Source of the DNA: an uncultured virus (IMG/VR IMGVR_UViG_3300033073_001410)
Lineage: Duplodnaviria; Heunggongvirae; Uroviricota; Caudoviricetes
Reading direction: 5' to 3' (one strand)
IMG/VR virus record: IMGVR_UViG_3300033073_001410
Coordinates: 1 to 64,000 of that record
Length of the DNA: 64,000 bases
The position numbers were made by a program, and so were the translations under genes. Positions 32,048 to 40,928 of this stretch are shown here, one piece after another (the first letter of the stretch is position 1; each line of letters begins with the position of its first letter). Under the pieces are notes generated by a model. That model had not been told where the DNA came from. It searched no databases and worked only from the letters and a program-made list of their open reading frames with translations.

Positions 32048-32966
32048 TCTGATGAATTTTTCTATATTCTCCAAGCTTTTTGAAGGTGGTAATGCTATAA
32101 AAACAGCTAGAAGTATTAGAGAAGATGAGTTTCCTAAAACAATGGATAGTATAAAATCAATACTTTTCCCAGTTCTTGGTATAGATCCCACAAAGGAAGG
32201 ATCTGAATATTTGGTAATAGGAAGCATAGGAAAGAAAAAAAATCCGGATGATACTTCTGGTGATCTTGATATCGGATATGACAGCAGTTGGTTTGCAAGA
32301 AAACATGGGGTTACACCTAAAGAAACCTCTGCTGAAGTTTATAGATTGATCTCAGAGTCTCTCCCTGAAAAATTGGGATTTAATCCCGAGGTCAACTACA
32401 TGAAAGGACTAAATATTGTAAGTTTAGGTTGGCCAATTCAAGAGGATCCAAATAAAGGTATAGTTCAGTTAGATTTAATCCCCGTTTCAAGTATGGAATG
32501 GGCCAAATTCATATACTATTCACCAAATTATAAGATATCCGAGAGCAAATATAAATCTGCACATAGAAACTGGCTTCTTGCTGCTATATTAGCATCAAGA
32601 AGACAAACATTAAAATCAGATCCAAGCGGACAAATAATGGACTACGACTCCCCTGTTTTGATGCTTAGTGATGGTCTATTCTGGCACACAAAATCTTATG
32701 CTAGTAAAATTAAGGATAGACTTAAGAATCCCAAAAAAGTTGAGGGAAGCGAAAGATTTATTACTAGAGATCCCCAGGAGTTTATAGATTTTACATTAGG
32801 TCCGGGATATTCTCAGGATGAGGTAAAAACTTTCGAACAAGTTCTGAGCATTATTAATGATCCGGAATTCGAACTATACGATAACCTGGAAGAGATTAAG
32901 GATAGGTTTGTAGAATATCTAAAAAGAACAGGATTAGAAATACCAGCCGAAATAAATCAGATTTAA
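32037..32966 (+). CDS. Pol-beta-superfamily nucleotidyltransferase
   Basis: IGSIGKK..SGDLDI and VQLDLI catalytic pattern (GS..DxD..D). Confidence 0.7.
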   Translation: MPDNLMNFSIFSKLFEGGNAIKTARSIREDEFPKTMDSIKSILFPVLGIDPTKEGSEYLVIGSIGKKKNPDDTSGDLDIGYDSSWFARKHGVTPKETSAEVYRLISESLPEKLGFNPEVNYMKGLNIVSLGWPIQEDPNKGIVQLDLIPVSSMEWAKFIYYSPNYKISESKYKSAHRNWLLAAILASRRQTLKSDPSGQIMDYDSPVLMLSDGLFWHTKSYASKIKDRLKNPKKVEGSERFITRDPQEFIDFTLGPGYSQDEVKTFEQVLSIINDPEFELYDNLEEIKDRFVEYLKRTGLEIPAEINQI

Positions 32967-33002
32967 GGGATATAAAATATACATTATTAAAAGAAGATCG
33001 AT

Positions 33003-35003
33003 ATGTCAGGAATAAGTCATCTATACGACATTTATAACAAGAAAGGAAAGGACTTTGTAGAGAAGCTCTTTAGCTCCTATGTGACCGTTAATGAAAAAAT
33101 GGACGGATCTGCATTTGTATTCGAGAGAGATCCGGAAACTGGCAAGTTTATCTTCTACAAGAGAGACCAGAGAAATCCAATAACTATGGTCGATCGAACT
33201 CTGATGAAATATTATGAGAAGCCTATAATTTATATTGAGTCTTTACCAGCTCATGTTATTAAACAAATCCCGAGAGGATGGAAATTTGGTCTGGAATATT
33301 TCGCAAACAGTAACCCTGTTGAGATAGCTTATGATAGAGTACCTAAGAATAATTTAATACTTTCTTATATAAGGCCCAAAGGAGATTCCGAAATTGACCA
33401 GATTACAGATAAGGAAAAACTTGATTCGTGGGCTGATTTATTAGGGATAGAAAAACCGCCTATTATTTTTCAAGGGGTTTTATCCAAAGAACAAAAAGAA
33501 CAAATATTAGATTTTCTTAGAACTCCGTTCAATGATTTAGTTAGCGAATATAAAACTAAGAGCTTTGTCAGATTTATTTTAGGTGTTCTTAATCCAGAGG
33601 TTCAATCGAGTGCACTTAATGATGATTTAGATAAGCCCATCGAGGGGATAGTATTTAGATTTAGCGCTGATCCGGAGAAAGAAGGTGAAATATTCACATC
33701 TAAAATGGTAGATCCAGTTTTCACTGAAATGGCTAAATCAAAAGCATCAAGAAGATCTGAGCAAAAGCCTAGTGATTTTTTAGGCATAACCATTCTGGAC
33801 GTCATGAATTTCATTTTAGATAAGGGTGTAGATACATTCAGAGTAAATGGTGACAGTGAAGATGAGAGATATATTTCTTTCATTTCAGATGTGTTCTCTA
33901 AATTCCTGAGTGAGTATGGATACAAATATAAGGGATCTGATTTTCAGGAGCCAGATTATTTGAAAAAGGACGAATTCAGATTAAATCGCGAAATGATCAA
34001 GGATCCACGAGTTTTAAAATGGATCGAAGAAGATGATTCGTACGAGTCTCTATTTAAGTTAATTCTTAATTCATTCAGAAAAATCAAAAAGAGAGCTGGA
34101 GGAATAATAACACCAGGAATAATTGACCAGTTCAATTTATTGGTTTCTGATATAGATCAATTAGTTAGAAAAAAGAAGACCGCTAAAGTTGTTGAATCTG
34201 AAATACCATCTTTCCTCGATTTTAAAAGAAAGAATGCTCCGGATACTAATGTTGATTATTTAACATTGGAAGGAGAGGAAGCTGATGAAAATTTCGAGGA
34301 CCATTTCTATTCGTATAATGATTTTATTACGGCTTTAGAAACCATAGATTCACAGGATAAACCAAAGGTTGATACTAAGAAAATCGACGACGTTTCGGTA
34401 AAGGTAAATGACAAAAATAAGCCTGCACAACTACAGAAAGTAAATCTAATAGTTGGTAGATTTCAGCCATTTCATAATGGTCATTTGAAAATGGTCGATA
34501 CGCTAATGGATAAAAATGGTTTACCCACTATTATAGCTGTTGTTCATCCGGGACATAATAAATCAGGAAACACTCCATTCACTCCAGAATTAGTGAATAA
34601 ATATATGGAGGGATTAACTAGGGAATTTCCACAAAAGATTCAGGGATACTTTATGGTTAATAGAGGACTTCTTGGACCTATTTGTAGTAGAGCGAAGGAA
34701 CTTGGATATTCTCCGGTTTCAATAGGAAGTGGTGAGGATAGATCGGAAGACTATAGAAAGCAGTTTGATTTTCTGAAGAAAATGGGGGGTGATTTCCCTG
34801 AATCTATAGAATTGATCGAAACGACAAGAAAACACAGCGGATCGGACATCAGAAATTATTTGGACGGCGAGGATTTTCTAGCATTTAAAAAATCTGTTCC
34901 TCCATCAATTTCTTCTTTCTATCAGCAATTAGTCTCTTCTAAAAAAGGAAGAGCTATAGCGGAAAGTCTTTCTGAAGGATTGGAAAATGACAAAAATAAA
35001 TAA
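33003..35003 (+). CDS. Fusion of ATP-dependent RNA-ligase-like nucleotidyltransferase domain and C-terminal HxGH cytidylyl/adenylyltransferase domain
   Basis: EKMDGS (motif I), FGLEYF (III), EGIVF (IV), SKMV (V); C-terminal GRFQPFHNGH, GEDR, SGSDIR. Confidence 0.7.
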   Translation: MSGISHLYDIYNKKGKDFVEKLFSSYVTVNEKMDGSAFVFERDPETGKFIFYKRDQRNPITMVDRTLMKYYEKPIIYIESLPAHVIKQIPRGWKFGLEYFANSNPVEIAYDRVPKNNLILSYIRPKGDSEIDQITDKEKLDSWADLLGIEKPPIIFQGVLSKEQKEQILDFLRTPFNDLVSEYKTKSFVRFILGVLNPEVQSSALNDDLDKPIEGIVFRFSADPEKEGEIFTSKMVDPVFTEMAKSKASRRSEQKPSDFLGITILDVMNFILDKGVDTFRVNGDSEDERYISFISDVFSKFLSEYGYKYKGSDFQEPDYLKKDEFRLNREMIKDPRVLKWIEEDDSYESLFKLILNSFRKIKKRAGGIITPGIIDQFNLLVSDIDQLVRKKKTAKVVESEIPSFLDFKRKNAPDTNVDYLTLEGEEADENFEDHFYSYNDFITALETIDSQDKPKVDTKKIDDVSVKVNDKNKPAQLQKVNLIVGRFQPFHNGHLKMVDTLMDKNGLPTIIAVVHPGHNKSGNTPFTPELVNKYMEGLTREFPQKIQGYFMVNRGLLGPICSRAKELGYSPVSIGSGEDRSEDYRKQFDFLKKMGGDFPESIELIETTRKHSGSDIRNYLDGEDFLAFKKSVPPSISSFYQQLVSSKKGRAIAESLSEGLENDKNK

Positions 35004-35009
35004 ACAGTA

Positions 35010-35552
35010 ATGAATAGATTCATAACAAATTTTAATGATTTTAGATTCTCGGTTAACGAGAGCGATGGGTTTGGAACATCCTCCTTCCTATTAAAGAAAG
35101 AATCTGACATTTATCACTATTTCTTTAATCTAGACAAAGAAAACGGTGAAACCAATGCCTATCACCTAATCATCGGTAAATATTCAGACAGAGAGGTGAT
35201 CGAAGGACCTAAGAATTCTTATTGTGTGTTAACAATAAATGAGATATCACCCGAAATCGTTGAAGATATAGCTGTTGATAAAGAGGATATTCCTAGAATG
35301 AATTCTGAAAAATTCAAAATGGGATCCGACGAGTTATCCAGACTGATGAAATATGTTTATAAATGTGTAAACGATTATCTCCAGATCAACCCGAAGGTAA
35401 TAAGAATCTATGACGAACTTCAAGATAATCTAGTCTATGATGGAAAGGGAAGCTACCTAGAGTATACGAAATCCATATCCATATCTGAACTTGGATCAAA
35501 TTGGGCTGTACAGGAGGGATCATCAAAAATGACAGTAATTATCAGTAGATAA
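35010..35552 (+). CDS. Hypothetical protein with CTS-like leader
   Basis: MNRFITNFNDFRFSVNE N-terminus. Confidence 0.6.
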   Translation: MNRFITNFNDFRFSVNESDGFGTSSFLLKKESDIYHYFFNLDKENGETNAYHLIIGKYSDREVIEGPKNSYCVLTINEISPEIVEDIAVDKEDIPRMNSEKFKMGSDELSRLMKYVYKCVNDYLQINPKVIRIYDELQDNLVYDGKGSYLEYTKSISISELGSNWAVQEGSSKMTVIISR

Positions 35553-35580
35553 GAAACTTTTCAAGCCTAATCGGTATAAT
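35553..35580 (+). promoter_or_regulatory. Putative middle-type promoter GAAACT-N16-TATAAT
   Basis: Same bipartite pattern at 62081, 63562 and 42266. Confidence 0.5.
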
Positions 35581-35604
35581 ATTAAACTTAAAAAATAAAA
35601 AAAA

Positions 35605-35781
35605 ATGGAAAAATTCGAACAGATCAAAGCTCTTATCGAGCAGACACAGGGAGACGTTGAAAAATTTGCAGCTAAAGGTAATGCAACTGCAGGAACACGC
35701 GTAAGAAAAGCTATGCAGGAATTGAAAAACCTAGCACAAGAATTACGTGTTGAAATCCAAGAGGCAAAAAACAAAGCTTAA
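35605..35781 (+). CDS. Histone H1-like (Hc1 family) small DNA-binding protein; missing from the ORF track
   Basis: Hand translation MEKFEQIKALIEQTQGDVEKFAAKGNATAGTRVRKAMQELKNLAQELRVEIQEAKNKA; KGNxxAGTRxRK signature. Confidence 0.8.
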   Translation: MEKFEQIKALIEQTQGDVEKFAAKGNATAGTRVRKAMQELKNLAQELRVEIQEAKNKA

Positions 35782-35799
35782 TCTTTTAAATTTTATCAA

Positions 35800-36036
35800 A
35801 TGAGTTATTGGGTAGTTAAAACCAAATTCGAATCTGGAGAGGTAAAAAAGAATGGCGATCCAGTTTATAAAAAAGCAGAATTCTTAGTAGCTGGTGACTC
35901 TGTCATCGAGGTAGAAAAGAAAGTTGCTGAGTATATGGACGGCACCATAGGAGGCTACGAGTCTTTCCAGGTTACAAAAACCAAAATCGAAGCCGTTATA
36001 TACGACAAAGACAAATATGAAGAACAACTCCTCTAA
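35800..36036 (+). CDS. DUF4494-like small protein
   Basis: W..K.KF....NG...K..EFLV..DS..E.E pattern resembles the Bacteroidota DUF4494 family. Confidence 0.5.
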   Translation: MSYWVVKTKFESGEVKKNGDPVYKKAEFLVAGDSVIEVEKKVAEYMDGTIGGYESFQVTKTKIEAVIYDKDKYEEQLL

Positions 36037-36265
36037 TTCCACTGAAACCAGATTTTATGCTCCGCCACAATCGCCTATAGCAATCCAACCCGGTGATACA
36101 GGATTTAAAACTGTAGGGAAAGGATATAATCGATTTATATGGACATTTGCAGACTGGCAGAAAGGGAAGAAGAAGATTATAGATCCGGATAAAAACTGGG
36201 ATCTAGATTCAAAACCTATTACCCAGAAGGAATGGGATAAAAAACAAAAAGGCTTATATCTATAA
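36017..36265 (+). CDS. Hypothetical protein
   Basis: 82 aa; overlaps the previous gene and ends inside a terminator hairpin. Confidence 0.5.
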   Translation: MKNNSSNSTETRFYAPPQSPIAIQPGDTGFKTVGKGYNRFIWTFADWQKGKKKIIDPDKNWDLDSKPITQKEWDKKQKGLYL

Positions 36266-36274
36266 GCCTTTTTT
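36246..36274 (+). terminator. Rho-independent terminator
   Basis: AAAAAGGCTTATA-TC-TATAAGCCTTTTTT. Confidence 0.7.
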
Positions 36275-36277
36275 GTT

Positions 36278-36285
36278 GATATATA
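36278..36285 (+). promoter_or_regulatory. Putative late promoter GATATATA
   Basis: Recurrent octamer immediately after a terminator. Confidence 0.6.
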
Positions 36286-36309
36286 GATCGTATAAATAAA
36301 ATTTTAATC

Positions 36310-36924
36310 ATGAAGAAATTATTAATAGTTATTTTTTCTGCAGTAATCCTATTTGGATGTGCTCATCATAGAGAACAAGTACTGCAGATACACCAAGGAC
36401 CATATGCCTTCTGTGGAGCTTCAGGAGCAGTACCCACCGGAAGGACCATTATTGTAGAGGGAAGAGAGTTTAAAGAGGGTTGTGCTATATGTCCAGTAAT
36501 GGATGGACCTTCAATTAACAATCTAGCTATTACAGGTGGAAGTCCACAATCACCGGATGGAACAGATAGCACCGTATGGTCTTTATTTTGGTATTTCGAT
36601 CCAGCTACTGATACTGTTCCTCAGTTCAATCCAGCAACACAAGCATGGGAATGGATGACGCCAGTAAATAGAGCATTCACAGTAAATACAGATTCTGCAA
36701 GTACTAGTATGAGTAACATGTTCTGTATGCCTTGCAAAATTTGGAAAGTTGAGAATGGAATAACCCTAGCTAAATGTTACGGTCCTCTGAATGAGGCTGC
36801 AGTTCCTCTCCGTGTTGCAATACCAGTTAAATCTGGAATGAAATCAATAACGCAAGCTAAGGATGGAGTTCCATATCCGGTCGGAACACCTATTCCAGTT
36901 ACTGATATGATAAAAAACAATTAA
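36310..36924 (+). CDS. Cys-rich lipoprotein
   Basis: MKKLLIVIFSAVILFG-C lipobox; CAIC and CMPC motifs. Confidence 0.65.
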   Translation: MKKLLIVIFSAVILFGCAHHREQVLQIHQGPYAFCGASGAVPTGRTIIVEGREFKEGCAICPVMDGPSINNLAITGGSPQSPDGTDSTVWSLFWYFDPATDTVPQFNPATQAWEWMTPVNRAFTVNTDSASTSMSNMFCMPCKIWKVENGITLAKCYGPLNEAAVPLRVAIPVKSGMKSITQAKDGVPYPVGTPIPVTDMIKNN

Positions 36925-36928
36925 AGAT

Positions 36929-37318
36929 ATGCCAGCAAGAAGTACAGCACAGCAGAGATTAATGGGACAAGCCTATGCAATTAAGATAGGAGCTATGGAA
37001 CCGGATGATCTTAATCCGAAATACAGATCAGAGATATTAAATCTTTCTAAAAGAATGACTAAGGAAGAGTTAAAGAAATATGCTGAAACCCGATATAAGG
37101 GACTACCTCATTATGTGGACGAGGCTGAGTCTGCTGGAACTGGTGAAATCGGGGTTTCATTAGAACCCATACCTTCAGATGTTATGCCTAAGTTTAATCC
37201 TCATGGTCCTGGAAAAATTGTACCTTTCCTAGATCCAGATTCTAAGCAAAAGAAGAAGGGTAAAGGTAATTTACAAAATCTTAAAGATTATAGAGATTGG
37301 ATTAAGGAAGGAAAATAA
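36929..37318 (+). CDS. DUF3008-like protein
   Basis: MPARSTAQQRLMG.A.A.K.G and MTKEELKKYAET..KGLP motifs. Confidence 0.55.
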   Translation: MPARSTAQQRLMGQAYAIKIGAMEPDDLNPKYRSEILNLSKRMTKEELKKYAETRYKGLPHYVDEAESAGTGEIGVSLEPIPSDVMPKFNPHGPGKIVPFLDPDSKQKKKGKGNLQNLKDYRDWIKEGK

Positions 37319-37320
37319 TA

Positions 37321-37908
37321 ATGGCTCAATTTCCAAAAAATCCCACTGTAGGACAGACATTTTTACCTAATCAAACAAATCTATATGTTTGGAGTGGATA
37401 CCAATGGGTTCCTGGCACAGGTGTTTATGGCTCTTTTTATGATGTTTTAGATCAAACCGCCTCTGCTAATACTGCAACTCCGATGGTTCTTAGAACTACT
37501 GATTTTTCATATGGGGTTTCTATAAAAGCAGATGAGTCGGGTAATTTATCCAGAATATCACCAGAACATCCTGGAAGATATAATATCGCATTTTCTGCCC
37601 AGATGGATAGGGTTTCTGGATCCGGTATAGCCCAAATTGATATTTGGCTTAGAATGAATGGAATCGACCTCCCCTGGTCCGGCGGTAAAGTAACAATGTC
37701 CGGAAATGCTAACGCATCTAAAGTTGTTGCAGCTTGGAATTATTTTGTTAAATGTGAATATGACTCGGATTATTTCCAGCTAGTGTGGAGAACAACCGAT
37801 GCTAACATTAGCATCATAGCCGACTCTGCAAACTCAGCTCAACCTGATCCAGCTGCATATCCAGCTATACCGTCACTTATAGTGACGATCAATCAAGTCG
37901 GATTCTAA
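37321..37908 (+). CDS. Fibre/receptor-binding-like beta-sandwich (C1q/TNF-like) protein
   Basis: FP.NPTVGQTF..YVWSG..W linker, then YGSFYD..GRYNIAFSAQ..IWLR.NG..YFQLVW. Confidence 0.5.
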   Translation: MAQFPKNPTVGQTFLPNQTNLYVWSGYQWVPGTGVYGSFYDVLDQTASANTATPMVLRTTDFSYGVSIKADESGNLSRISPEHPGRYNIAFSAQMDRVSGSGIAQIDIWLRMNGIDLPWSGGKVTMSGNANASKVVAAWNYFVKCEYDSDYFQLVWRTTDANISIIADSANSAQPDPAAYPAIPSLIVTINQVGF

Positions 37909-37909
37909 A

Positions 37910-37917
37910 GATATATA
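37910..37917 (+). promoter_or_regulatory. Putative late promoter GATATATA
   Basis: Recurrent octamer only 5 nt upstream of a GTG start. Confidence 0.5.
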
Positions 37918-37922
37918 GTATT

Positions 37923-38336
37923 GTGAAACACGTTGTAGATTTCGAGGAATATGATCCATCTGACGAGTATAAATCCGATTCTCGTAGATCCATTAATTTG
38001 GACAGAATTAGAAAATCTGTAGAATATAAGAGGATCATAGAAATGGGCTTTGATGAGGATACGTCTCATCAACAAGAGCTAAATAACACCATGAAGTTTA
38101 TCCGAACCAAACACAAGAAAAGGGAGAAGGGTCACGGAGACGTCTTTTACACAATTCACCCGACCGGAACAGTTCGTAGATATAATCCTATAAGATCAAA
38201 GGAAACTCCAGAGGGGAGTGGAAACGATATTAAAAAATTCTTAGATCCATTTAAGACCACAGCAGACTATAAAAAGGGATTAAATTACCTATGGCAGTAT
38301 CTTAAAAGGAAAGAAGAAAAGGGAGATTATAGATAA
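37923..38336 (+). CDS. Hypothetical protein with CTS-like leader
   Basis: MKHVVDFEEY N-terminus. Confidence 0.6.
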   Translation: MKHVVDFEEYDPSDEYKSDSRRSINLDRIRKSVEYKRIIEMGFDEDTSHQQELNNTMKFIRTKHKKREKGHGDVFYTIHPTGTVRRYNPIRSKETPEGSGNDIKKFLDPFKTTADYKKGLNYLWQYLKRKEEKGDYR

Positions 38337-38340
38337 AATT

Positions 38341-38571
38341 ATGTGCGATTGCGGAGGATATAGCTCGGTTGAACATCACAGTTCTAATAAGGGAAGGAAA
38401 GAGACCAGCCAGATAGACAATAAATGGATCTTGGATAATCTAGATCGAAAGCTTTTGGTACAGAGCCCAATTTATGATATATACAATGATATTATAGGCT
38501 ACATAACAAAAAGCGAGAACGGAAATGTTATTCGAATATTCTCCCATAATATCAAACAAATATTAGATTAA
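38341..38571 (+). CDS. Hypothetical protein
   Basis: 76 aa in tight operon. Confidence 0.5.
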   Translation: MCDCGGYSSVEHHSSNKGRKETSQIDNKWILDNLDRKLLVQSPIYDIYNDIIGYITKSENGNVIRIFSHNIKQILD

Positions 38572-38575
38572 CTAT

Positions 38576-39046
38576 ATGTTTTATCCAACTGGAAATTCAA
38601 CACAAGGAAGATGCTTAGTCTGCATGAAGGACGAAGATAGCGAGATATCGGAGGCTTTAAAAGAATGTAACGAGTCTTGTGTTACTGAGTGCATGGGAAA
38701 ATGGCTCGATGAAAATAACTACTGTGTTGAAAAGTGGCAGCTTAAGGAATATCTTAAATCCAAAGGATGTAATGAAGATAAAATCATGGAAGATATGGGA
38801 GCAGCACCAGCTCCAACCGCAGCACCAGCTCCAGGATTAGCTACTTTGGGAAATGTTCCGGGTATGGGCAATCCGACACCTCCTTCGAATGATGGCACAA
38901 ATGCTGGATTCTATGATTCTTCTAGAACTGGAAGTGGTGATAAATTCACTACTTTAACAGCAGGTACACCAGCAGCTAAAAAGAAGGGCAAGAAAGGTAA
39001 AAACCTTATCTCCTACATGGATTTCATTAAGAACAGAAAGAAATAA
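38576..39046 (+). CDS. Hypothetical protein (Cys-rich N-terminus, low-complexity C-terminus)
   Basis: 156 aa; followed by a terminator. Confidence 0.55.
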   Translation: MFYPTGNSTQGRCLVCMKDEDSEISEALKECNESCVTECMGKWLDENNYCVEKWQLKEYLKSKGCNEDKIMEDMGAAPAPTAAPAPGLATLGNVPGMGNPTPPSNDGTNAGFYDSSRTGSGDKFTTLTAGTPAAKKKGKKGKNLISYMDFIKNRKK

Positions 39047-39091
39047 ATCAGAGGTGAATTTTTGACACCTTGTACTTTATAATACTTTGAG

Positions 39092-39117
39092 AAAAGAGAC
39101 TTTTTGTCTCTTTTTTT
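39092..39117 (+). terminator. Rho-independent terminator
   Basis: AAAAGAGAC-TTTTT-GTCTCTTTTTTT. Confidence 0.65.
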
Positions 39118-39127
39118 GTGTTGGAAT

Positions 39128-39135
39128 TATTTTTG
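39128..39135 (+). promoter_or_regulatory. Bacteroidota-type -7 promoter element TATTTTTG
   Basis: Matches TAnnTTTG upstream of Hsp20. Confidence 0.4.
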
Positions 39136-39164
39136 AATAGCATTGATTAAAAAAACAAACCAAT

Positions 39165-39545
39165 ATGAATACTAAAGAATTTAGAACAATGTTTCCAACA
39201 ATCTTATCATCAAGCCTAAAAGATTCTGTCCTCGACGGAATAATTAATCTAAAAACAGGCATTTCTAAAAACTCATATAGAAGTGAGGTTAGAGATGGAA
39301 ATTTACAACTGGAGTTTGCTCTTCCTGGTTTAAATAAGGAAGATATTTCTGTTACATCAGAATTAAATCGTCTTATCCTAGAGATCAAGAAATCTAGTAA
39401 TTGGACTCTGGAAGGAAAGAGTAGCTATATAGTTTCAGATACTTTTAATCTCGAAGAAACTTCAGCAGAGATGAAAAATGGGGTTCTTTTTGTTACTGTC
39501 CCAGAGAAATCTACTAAAGGATCAAAAAAGATATCAATCTCTTAA
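39165..39545 (+). CDS. Small heat-shock protein (Hsp20/alpha-crystallin)
   Basis: ALPGLNKEDISV, AEMKNGVLFVTVP, KKISI. Confidence 0.85.
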   Translation: MNTKEFRTMFPTILSSSLKDSVLDGIINLKTGISKNSYRSEVRDGNLQLEFALPGLNKEDISVTSELNRLILEIKKSSNWTLEGKSSYIVSDTFNLEETSAEMKNGVLFVTVPEKSTKGSKKISIS

Positions 39546-39572
39546 AAATCTGAAATTTTATGGTTTTTCTGT

Positions 39573-39580
39573 GATATATA
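39573..39580 (+). promoter_or_regulatory. Putative late promoter GATATATA
   Basis: Recurrent intergenic octamer. Confidence 0.6.
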
Positions 39581-39616
39581 AATGACAATTTAAAAACATA
39601 AATAAAATTAACTATC

Positions 39617-40867
39617 ATGGCAAGACCAGTATTAAATTTCGCAGATTTCTTAATCGAGTCTGCAAGAATGATCAACGAGGGGTATAGCTTTAGTCAGGCT
39701 AAAGAGATACTTTCTCAATATATTAAAAAAGCAACAAAAGCTCAAGAAGGAGATATAACTTCAATTAAAACGGTTACTCCTGAGCAAATAGCTTTAATCG
39801 AAAGAATCGCAGGAAGTGTTTCGGAAGAAGCTGTTAAAGCTTTAGGTGATGCACTAGGAAATATGTTAAATGTTTCTTTGGATAATAAGAAGATGGAATT
39901 GGATGTGGAAAACACTGAGATAGCTATTAATAATCTTAAAGTTAGTAATGTAGTAGCTGGACAAGTATTTTGTGACGAGATTCCTACTACTTCAGTTAAG
40001 ACAGCAACACTCGCAGAAAATAAGACATCTTTAGAGGCACTTATCACAGCTATAAACTTGTACAATACAGAAGCAAGAAAAGATCAAAAATACTGGTCTC
40101 AGAAAAAAGAAGGTGCTGAATTAAAATGGAATAAGAAAGACGGTAATGTTGCTAATTCAGTAGAGGATAACCAGATTTTCATAACTAATGCAGATTCTAA
40201 GGTTGAGTGGAAGAAGAATACTTTTGCCAATAATATTACCCCATTAGCCGGTGGGATTGATGCTGGTTCAAATCCAAGTTCTGATGGATTAAAAGTAAAC
40301 CTAGTTTTATATGGTATTAAAAACGTAGCAGAAGGAGCGGGAGGGAAAATTTCTGTAAATGAGATCGTTCCTGTTACTATTAAAAAAGGTGGAGGTACGA
40401 CAGAAAAATCTGTTGATATCCAAGACAACGGGACTTTATTCGCAAAAGCTAAATCTGAATTATTAGAGAACGGTAAAAGAAACATATTTAATGCTATCCA
40501 AACCAACTTTACTTCAGTTAGCAGTGTAGAAGTAATCGGAGGGGCATCTAAAGAGGGTGACGAATCTTTCAACAAGAAGCTTTGTTTAGATAGAGCAAAT
40601 TCAGTAGCTGAATTCCTTAAAGAACTTATCCCTGGTGCTACTATCACGGCTTCTAAAGAAACAAATATTCAGCCTCTAGAAAGTACTGAAGATCTAAAAA
40701 CTTGGAGAAAAGTTACATTGAAAATCACTGGTACTTTAAGTGCAGTTGAACCAGCTCAGGAAGTTATACAATACGTTGCACAGAATAAGCAGATATCTTC
40801 AGATAGATATGACTTATATCAGATTACTCTTTGCTTCTACGCAGCACTAGATCAAGAAAATAAATAA
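39617..40867 (+). CDS. Protein with OmpA C-terminal-like peptidoglycan-binding domain and CTS-like leader
   Basis: LFAKAKSEL..VEVIGGASKEG..FNKKLCLDRANSVAEFL..WRKV; no signal peptide. Confidence 0.7.
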   Translation: MARPVLNFADFLIESARMINEGYSFSQAKEILSQYIKKATKAQEGDITSIKTVTPEQIALIERIAGSVSEEAVKALGDALGNMLNVSLDNKKMELDVENTEIAINNLKVSNVVAGQVFCDEIPTTSVKTATLAENKTSLEALITAINLYNTEARKDQKYWSQKKEGAELKWNKKDGNVANSVEDNQIFITNADSKVEWKKNTFANNITPLAGGIDAGSNPSSDGLKVNLVLYGIKNVAEGAGGKISVNEIVPVTIKKGGGTTEKSVDIQDNGTLFAKAKSELLENGKRNIFNAIQTNFTSVSSVEVIGGASKEGDESFNKKLCLDRANSVAEFLKELIPGATITASKETNIQPLESTEDLKTWRKVTLKITGTLSAVEPAQEVIQYVAQNKQISSDRYDLYQITLCFYAALDQENK

Positions 40868-40879
40868 TAAACCTTATTA

Positions 40880-40917
40880 CACAAAAAAGGAAGCTCTTAA
40901 GAGCTTCCTTTTTTGTG
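40880..40917. terminator. Bidirectional terminator (perfect 38-bp palindrome)
   Basis: CACAAAAAAGGAAGCTCTTAAGAGCTTCCTTTTTTGTG between convergent genes. Confidence 0.85.
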
Positions 40918-40928
40918 GTCTTATTTTT

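Noticed and set aside
40099..40647. 182-aa minus-strand ORF, and similar antisense ORFs at 9218, 24612, 51100, 57491, 61061 and 62074
   Set aside because: Shadows of well-supported + strand genes; no motifs or expression signals
40880..40917. Perfect 38-bp palindrome as a mobile-element end or recombination site
   Set aside because: Position between convergent genes with A/T tails on both sides is fully explained by a bidirectional terminator
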